Source of the DNA: an uncultured Gammaproteobacteria bacterium
GTDB lineage: Bacteria > Pseudomonadota > Gammaproteobacteria > CAWCPV01
Direction of reading: 5' to 3'
Assembly (NCBI GenBank): GCA_963797555.1
Contig: CAWCPV010000003.1
Span: forward strand, 640,001 to 704,000
Length of the DNA: 64,000 nt
A program made the position numbers and the translations under genes. The notes beneath the pieces are model-generated. The model was not told the origin of the DNA. It made no database searches and saw only the letters and a list, made by a program, of their open reading frames with translations. Positions 59,100 to 64,000 of the stretch are shown here, in pieces (position 1 is the first letter of the stretch; each line of letters opens with the position of its first letter).

Positions 59100-59492
59100 T
59101 GACCGACACGCGCACCCAGCCAGACGCCTCGAAACCTTCCCCAATCCCAATCCCGAGCGGGACTACACGTCCGGATGAGCATCCCGGAGTTTACCTGTCT
59201 GTGCCCGAAGACCGGCCAGCCCGATTTCGCGACCCTGTACATCGACTACGTCCCAGAGTAGCTCTGCATCGAGCTCAAGTCCCTGAAACTGTACGTGTGG
59301 TCTTTCCGGGACGAGGGCGCCTTCCACGAGGCGGTGACCAACCGTATCCTCCAGGATCTGGTAGACGCCTGCAGCCCGCGATTCATGCGCGTCCGTGCCC
59401 AATTCAACGTCCGCGGAGGCATCTACACGACGGTGGTCGCCGAGCACCGGGGGTCCGGCTGGCGCTCGCCGGAGCCGGTAACCTTGCCCTAA
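59100..59492 (+). CDS. queF: NADPH-dependent preQ0 reductase QueF (type 1), with apparent indels and an in-frame TAG
   Basis: [38 protein letters not shown] and FNVRGG. Confidence 0.9.
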
Positions 59493-59731
59493 GGGGCGAT
59501 GATCGGTGTACCGCGTGGGCACGTTCCTTCTGACTGTGCCGAGATCTTCCGCCGGCTGTGACGGGTTGCGAATAAAATCGTCGCCTGGAGGCCTCCCATA
59601 CGAGGCACCCCGGAGCGAGACGCGAGACATTTTCAAGGAAGCCGGGTAAGCGGCGAGCGAGGGCGCGACCCGACCAATGAGCCGAAAAGCTGCCTAATTC
59701 ACGACCTCGCAGCTCTCCTGCCCCTGTCTAC

Positions 59732-61048
59732 GTGGGGATAGACCTGGGCACGTCCGGCTGCCGTACACTCGCCATCGATGCGCGGGGTCGCGTTCGTGCC
59801 CAGAGCCGCGCCCCGCTGCCTGCTCCCCGTCGCCGCGGCTCTGCCGTGGAGCAGGATCCCCAGCTCTGGTGGGAGGCAGTTGCGGCCGCTTTGCGGGCGC
59901 TGTTCACACAGTCTCCGCCCGCTGCGGTTGCTGCGCTGGCCGTGGACGCCACCTCCGGCACCGTGCTTCTCGCCGACGCCACCGGCCGCCCGCTGGGACC
60001 CGCCCTCATGTACAACGACGCCCGCGCCACGGCTGCGGCCGCACGAGTAGAGCGCGTCGCTCCCCCGGAGGCCGTGGTGCATGGCCCGACCTCCGGACTC
60101 GCCAAGATCTTGCACCTGCAGCGACTACGGCGCGCGTGTCGGACCCGTTACGCGCTGTCCCAGGCCGATTGGATCGCAGGGCGGCTCGCCGGCTCCTTCG
60201 GTGTGAGCGACGACAACAACAGCCTGAAGCTCGGCTTCGATCCGGTGAGCCGTTCGTGGCCCCCGTGGATCGAGCAGCTCGGTTTGGATCTCGCCCTGTT
60301 GCCGCGGGTCGCTCGGCCGGGGACAGCGCTGGCCCGGGTAGGACGGGAAGCCCAGGAGGTCATCGGCTTGCCGCCCACGACCCTGGTAGCAGCGGGCACC
60401 ACGGACAGCACGGCGGGCTTTCTCGCCGCAGGCGCGCAGCACCCGGGTGAGGGGGTCACCTCCCTCGGCTCGACGCTCGTCGTCAAGGTGCTCTCGCCCA
60501 CGCCGCTGTTCGCCGCGCCGCATGGCGTGTACAGCCAGCCCCTGGGTTCCCTGTGGCTCGCGGGCGGAGGCTCCAACACGGGAGGGGCAGTCCTGCGGCA
60601 TTACTTCAGGGACGAGGAGATCGACCGCCTGAGCCGGTCCATCTCGCCCGATCGGCCCAGCGGCCTGCACTACTATCCCCTCCTGACTCCCGGCGAACGT
60701 TTTCCCGTAAACGACCCGCGCCTTCCTGCGCGGCTCTCGCCACGCCCCGCCGACGACAGCCGCTTCTTGCACGGGCTCCTGGAAGGCATCGCCGCCATCG
60801 AAGCGCGAGGATACCGCCTTCTGACCGAGATCGGGGCGCCCAAACTGAGATCGGTGCGCAGCATCGGAGGCGGGGCATCCAATGCGCTGTGGCTCACCAT
60901 CCGGGCGCGCCTGTTAGGGGTGCCCCTGCTCCCTCCGCTGCACACCGAGGCTGCATACGGCGCGGCCCTCCTCGCCAGACAGGCGGCGCGGGGCGAGCCG
61001 GGACCGAGCTTCAGGGGTGTTCAGCCTGCGAACGCCGAGGGGCTATAG
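59732..61048 (+). CDS. FGGY-family carbohydrate kinase
   Basis: GIDLGTSG, VDATSGT, GTTDSTA, SLGSTL, GGGSNTGG and GERFP. Confidence 0.92.
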   Translation: MGIDLGTSGCRTLAIDARGRVRAQSRAPLPAPRRRGSAVEQDPQLWWEAVAAALRALFTQSPPAAVAALAVDATSGTVLLADATGRPLGPALMYNDARATAAAARVERVAPPEAVVHGPTSGLAKILHLQRLRRACRTRYALSQADWIAGRLAGSFGVSDDNNSLKLGFDPVSRSWPPWIEQLGLDLALLPRVARPGTALARVGREAQEVIGLPPTTLVAAGTTDSTAGFLAAGAQHPGEGVTSLGSTLVVKVLSPTPLFAAPHGVYSQPLGSLWLAGGGSNTGGAVLRHYFRDEEIDRLSRSISPDRPSGLHYYPLLTPGERFPVNDPRLPARLSPRPADDSRFLHGLLEGIAAIEARGYRLLTEIGAPKLRSVRSIGGGASNALWLTIRARLLGVPLLPPLHTEAAYGAALLARQAARGEPGPSFRGVQPANAEGL

Positions 61049-61341
61049 GCTGGGCACGGGCGCCGGCTGCACGTAAGATCCTTGCGTAGTGAGTTTGCGT
61101 GTCCGGTGGGGATCTCCGCCGGGACGCACGGGGCGCGACTTCGCCCCGAACACGACGTCCCAGAGCTTGTGAAGCTTGTGAAAAATCGTCGCCAGCAGCC
61201 CGAGAGCGAGGCGCACGGAGCGCAGCGGCGAGACCTATCGAATAGACAGGCGAGGGACCAGCCCGGCGGGACGCCCCTTACGGGATCCGCAGCCGACTGG
61301 TTGACAAGCCCACGGCTAAATGGAGTCCGGGTCTGCAAACC

Positions 61342-62463
61342 TTGAACACGGAGAGGGTCCTCATCACCCTCGGCAGCAACCTGGAGCGGGAGCACAACCT
61401 GCCGGCTGCCGTCGCGCGACTGCGTCACCACCCGCGCCTCGCTCTGCGGGCGCTGAGCCCCGTATACGAGAGCGCACCGGTCGGCGGTGCCCCGAACCAC
61501 CCTCACTACTTCAACGCCGCCGCGCTCGTAGAGACCGACCTGACACCTTCGGCCCTACGCGACACCCTCCGGGCGATCGAGCGGGACCTGGGACGGGTAC
61601 GGACAGCGGACAAGCACGCGCCGCGTACCATCGACCTCGATATCGCCCTGTACGGCGACCAGATACTGACCGTCGAGGACAAACACATTCCCGACCCGGA
61701 TATCAGCGTCTTCCCGCATCTCGCCCTACCCCTCGCGGACATCGCCCCCGGCTGGAGGCATCCGCAGACAGGGCTGACCCTGCGCGAGATAGCCGCCGGC
61801 ATGTCGTATTCCACTGGGGAGATCCGGAAACTCATGGCGAAGGTCATCGAGCACTTACCCACCAACGGCCACTATGCCACCACCTTGGACGGCGATCCCG
61901 GCGAGGTGTATGACCCCGAGTTCGAATCCCTGGTCAGGCAGATGTTGGTTCAGCTCGGGGAAGACCCCGAGCGCGAAGGCTTGCAACGCACCCCTTTACG
62001 TGTGTCCAAGGCTCTGGATTTTCTGACCGGCGGCTACCGGATGTCGCAGCACGACGTGGTGCGCGATGCACTGTTCTCGGACGACTGCGAGGAGATGGTG
62101 GTGCTCAAGGACGTGGAGTTCTACTCGCTGTGCGAGCACCACATCCTGCCCTTCTTCGGGCGGGCACACGTAGGCTATCTGCCAAACGGGAAGGTGATCG
62201 GGCTGAGCAAGATCCCGCGCGTCATCGACCTGTTCGCGCGCCGGCTGCAGCTTCAGGAACGCCTCACCAATCAGGTCGCCGACGCTTTGATGGAGATCCT
62301 CGACGCCCACGGCGTCGCGGTGGTCATGGAGGCGAGCCACTTCTGCATGATGATGCGCGGCGTCCAAAAGCAGAACAGCCTGACCGTTACCAGCGCCATG
62401 CGCGGCACATTCCGCCGCGATGCCCGCACTCGCGCCGAGTTCACTCAACTAATCCGAGGCTAG
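61342..62463 (+). CDS. folE: Fusion of HPPK (FolK) and GTP cyclohydrolase I (FolE)
   Basis: N-terminal LGSNL, YESAP and PRTIDLDI; C-terminal [26 protein letters not shown] and HFCMMMRG in one ORF. Confidence 0.92.
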   Translation: MNTERVLITLGSNLEREHNLPAAVARLRHHPRLALRALSPVYESAPVGGAPNHPHYFNAAALVETDLTPSALRDTLRAIERDLGRVRTADKHAPRTIDLDIALYGDQILTVEDKHIPDPDISVFPHLALPLADIAPGWRHPQTGLTLREIAAGMSYSTGEIRKLMAKVIEHLPTNGHYATTLDGDPGEVYDPEFESLVRQMLVQLGEDPEREGLQRTPLRVSKALDFLTGGYRMSQHDVVRDALFSDDCEEMVVLKDVEFYSLCEHHILPFFGRAHVGYLPNGKVIGLSKIPRVIDLFARRLQLQERLTNQVADALMEILDAHGVAVVMEASHFCMMMRGVQKQNSLTVTSAMRGTFRRDARTRAEFTQLIRG

Positions 62464-62660
62464 CGGCAAGGGACTGCGTGGCCTTGGAGCGCCGCCATCC
62501 ACGGACGAGCGCGGGGGCCCCACATCCGCTGGAGGCGCCGCATCTTGTTCTGGGGTCGCCGAGGCTCGCGGATGCCTCTCATGCCTTTGCCCGATCGATG
62601 GGGCGGTGGAACATTGCTTAGATGTAATAAGTCGATGCCAAAAGGTAAGGAACGAATGAC

Positions 62661-62900
62661 ATGCCCACTGCCACATTGACTGCGAAGAGCCAAACGACCG
62701 TGCCCAAGGAAATCCCTATCAACGTCGACGCGGCGGACCTCGAGGAGATACTGCCCCGACCGGAGCAGCCCGTCACCCTCGAACAGATGAATGCAGCCAT
62801 TGTAAGCCGCGGCGGGTTCAGTTGAAGGGGCTCGACACGGGGGGTGACTGGTGTTGCTGCGGACCCTCGACCGATGCGGTGAGTCGTCCTCGCCCGAGCC
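62661..62900 (+). pseudogene. Decayed AbrB-type antitoxin / PIN toxin (vapBC-like) pair
   Basis: MPTATLTAKSQTTVPKEI..VTLEQMNAAI with the middle missing, overlapping an MKGLDT start. Confidence 0.65.
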
Positions 62901-63063
62901 CGCACCCGGCGCTGGTCGGACGCCGGGGGCGGCGACGCAGTGTCTTCCTGGCCGATGCCACGCACGACCACTGCCCTGGGGTTTCCATGCCGCCGGGCAA
63001 GCGGCGTTTCTCACCTCCCGACCATCATTCCCCACACGGCGAGGGTCCGAAACCTTCGCGGCG

Positions 63064-63657
63064 CTACGGAGGACCCGCAGCGCCGCCCGCCTCCGGCCCG
63101 GGCAGCTCGAACACTTCCCACAACGCCACTTCGAGGCCCTCCAGCGTCGCGAAAACGAGCTTCTCGTCCGGGCCGAACACGGTGCCCTTGTCGAAGCCGT
63201 CTGGGCCGAGCAGGAAGCGCATGACGTACTGCTCCAGCGGGTCCACTACCACGTATTCCCTCACGCCGGTGCGCTCGTAGAGCACTTTCTTCTGACGCAG
63301 GTCACGGGTGGCGGTTGCCGGGGAGAGTACCTCCACGACCACGTCCGGTGCGCCTTCGACGTGGGTGGGGGTGACTTTCGACCGATCGCACACCACCAGG
63401 ATGTCGGGCTGCACCACGTCCATTTCGGAAAGGCGCACGTCGGTGGGCGCGATGAAGGGTCGGCAGGGCTTCCCCGAGAGAGTTTGGAGCAACCTGGCGA
63501 ACAAATTCCCGGCGACCGCTTGGTGGCGAGGGGAAGGCGCCGGGGACATGGCGTAGGCCACACCGTCGACGATCTCCCAGCGCTGCTCGTCGCCCCAACT
63601 GCGGTAGTCGCTCCAAGTATAGCGGGTGTTTGCGCCCGTCTTGGCCGGTGTGGACAT
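63064..63657 (-). CDS. Uma2-family endonuclease
   Basis: WEIVDG, PAP..RHQ, VVQPDI, VVEVLSP and GVREYVVVDP. Confidence 0.93.
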   Translation of the reverse strand: MSTPAKTGANTRYTWSDYRSWGDEQRWEIVDGVAYAMSPAPSPRHQAVAGNLFARLLQTLSGKPCRPFIAPTDVRLSEMDVVQPDILVVCDRSKVTPTHVEGAPDVVVEVLSPATATRDLRQKKVLYERTGVREYVVVDPLEQYVMRFLLGPDGFDKGTVFGPDEKLVFATLEGLEVALWEVFELPGPEAGGAAGPP

Positions 63658-63774
63658 GGCTGATATTCGGGTGCCTGTTGTCGACACAGGATACCTCATG
63701 ATACCGATCGCCGAAGTCGTCCGGCCTTTCCGGCATCCGACACGCAGTGGCACAGAACCTTCCGACACTTACTG

Positions 63775-64000
63775 GTAACCGTTCACCCCCCTGGAATATT
63801 TTGACCCGGAGGGCTGGACAAAACGGTTCCAGCGTGAGACAGTTGGGTGCCCTTGGCAGGATGTTCCTCGACCTCACTGTCACACACAATCATGGTGCTC
63901 AAGGAGCACGACCTTCGTCAGCTCAGCGAGGAGCGCATTCTGGAGCTGAGGCAGAAGGATCCCGATGCGCTGGCAGCGCTGAGCATCCGCCTGCTGCAGG
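63775..64000 (+). mobile_element. Left end of an IS66-family element (runs off the window)
   Basis: GTAACCGTTCACC terminus; ORF from 63892 reading MVLKEHDLRQL... Confidence 0.7.

Overview
GC-rich bacterial DNA, most likely Gammaproteobacteria, inferred from the smc-zipA-ligA block, the divergent queF and sohB. Both ends carry mostly housekeeping genes. The left end has an SDR, an FKBP, sohB, a ROK kinase, an HpnL-like protein, a sulfotransferase and a META protein. The right end has an O-methyltransferase, ligA, zipA, smc, queF, an FGGY kinase, a FolK-FolE fusion and Uma2 genes. The middle (about 8.3-51 kb) is a decaying accessory region with at least 12 IS copies or remnants (IS3, IS630, IS1380, IS1634, IS5, ISL3), plus an IS66 start at the right edge. 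Most notable: (1) an island mixing acid-stress homologues (HdeA, an HdeD relic, a ClC antiporter, AqpZ, DUF3302) with arylsulfatase and DUF1254/DUF1214, DUF2092, OmpA and Gly-rich secreted proteins; (2) an ORF-less group II intron with non-canonical ends, inserted at a GTTAGGC site in a methyltransferase gene; (3) a 176-bp IS1380-type MITE with a 5-bp target duplication; (4) an IS-interrupted Type IIG/ISP-like restriction-modification enzyme and integron-cassette-like defence remnants. Many single-base frameshifts, including in smc and queF, may be long-read errors rather than true pseudogenes. All family calls come from motif recognition, not database searches.
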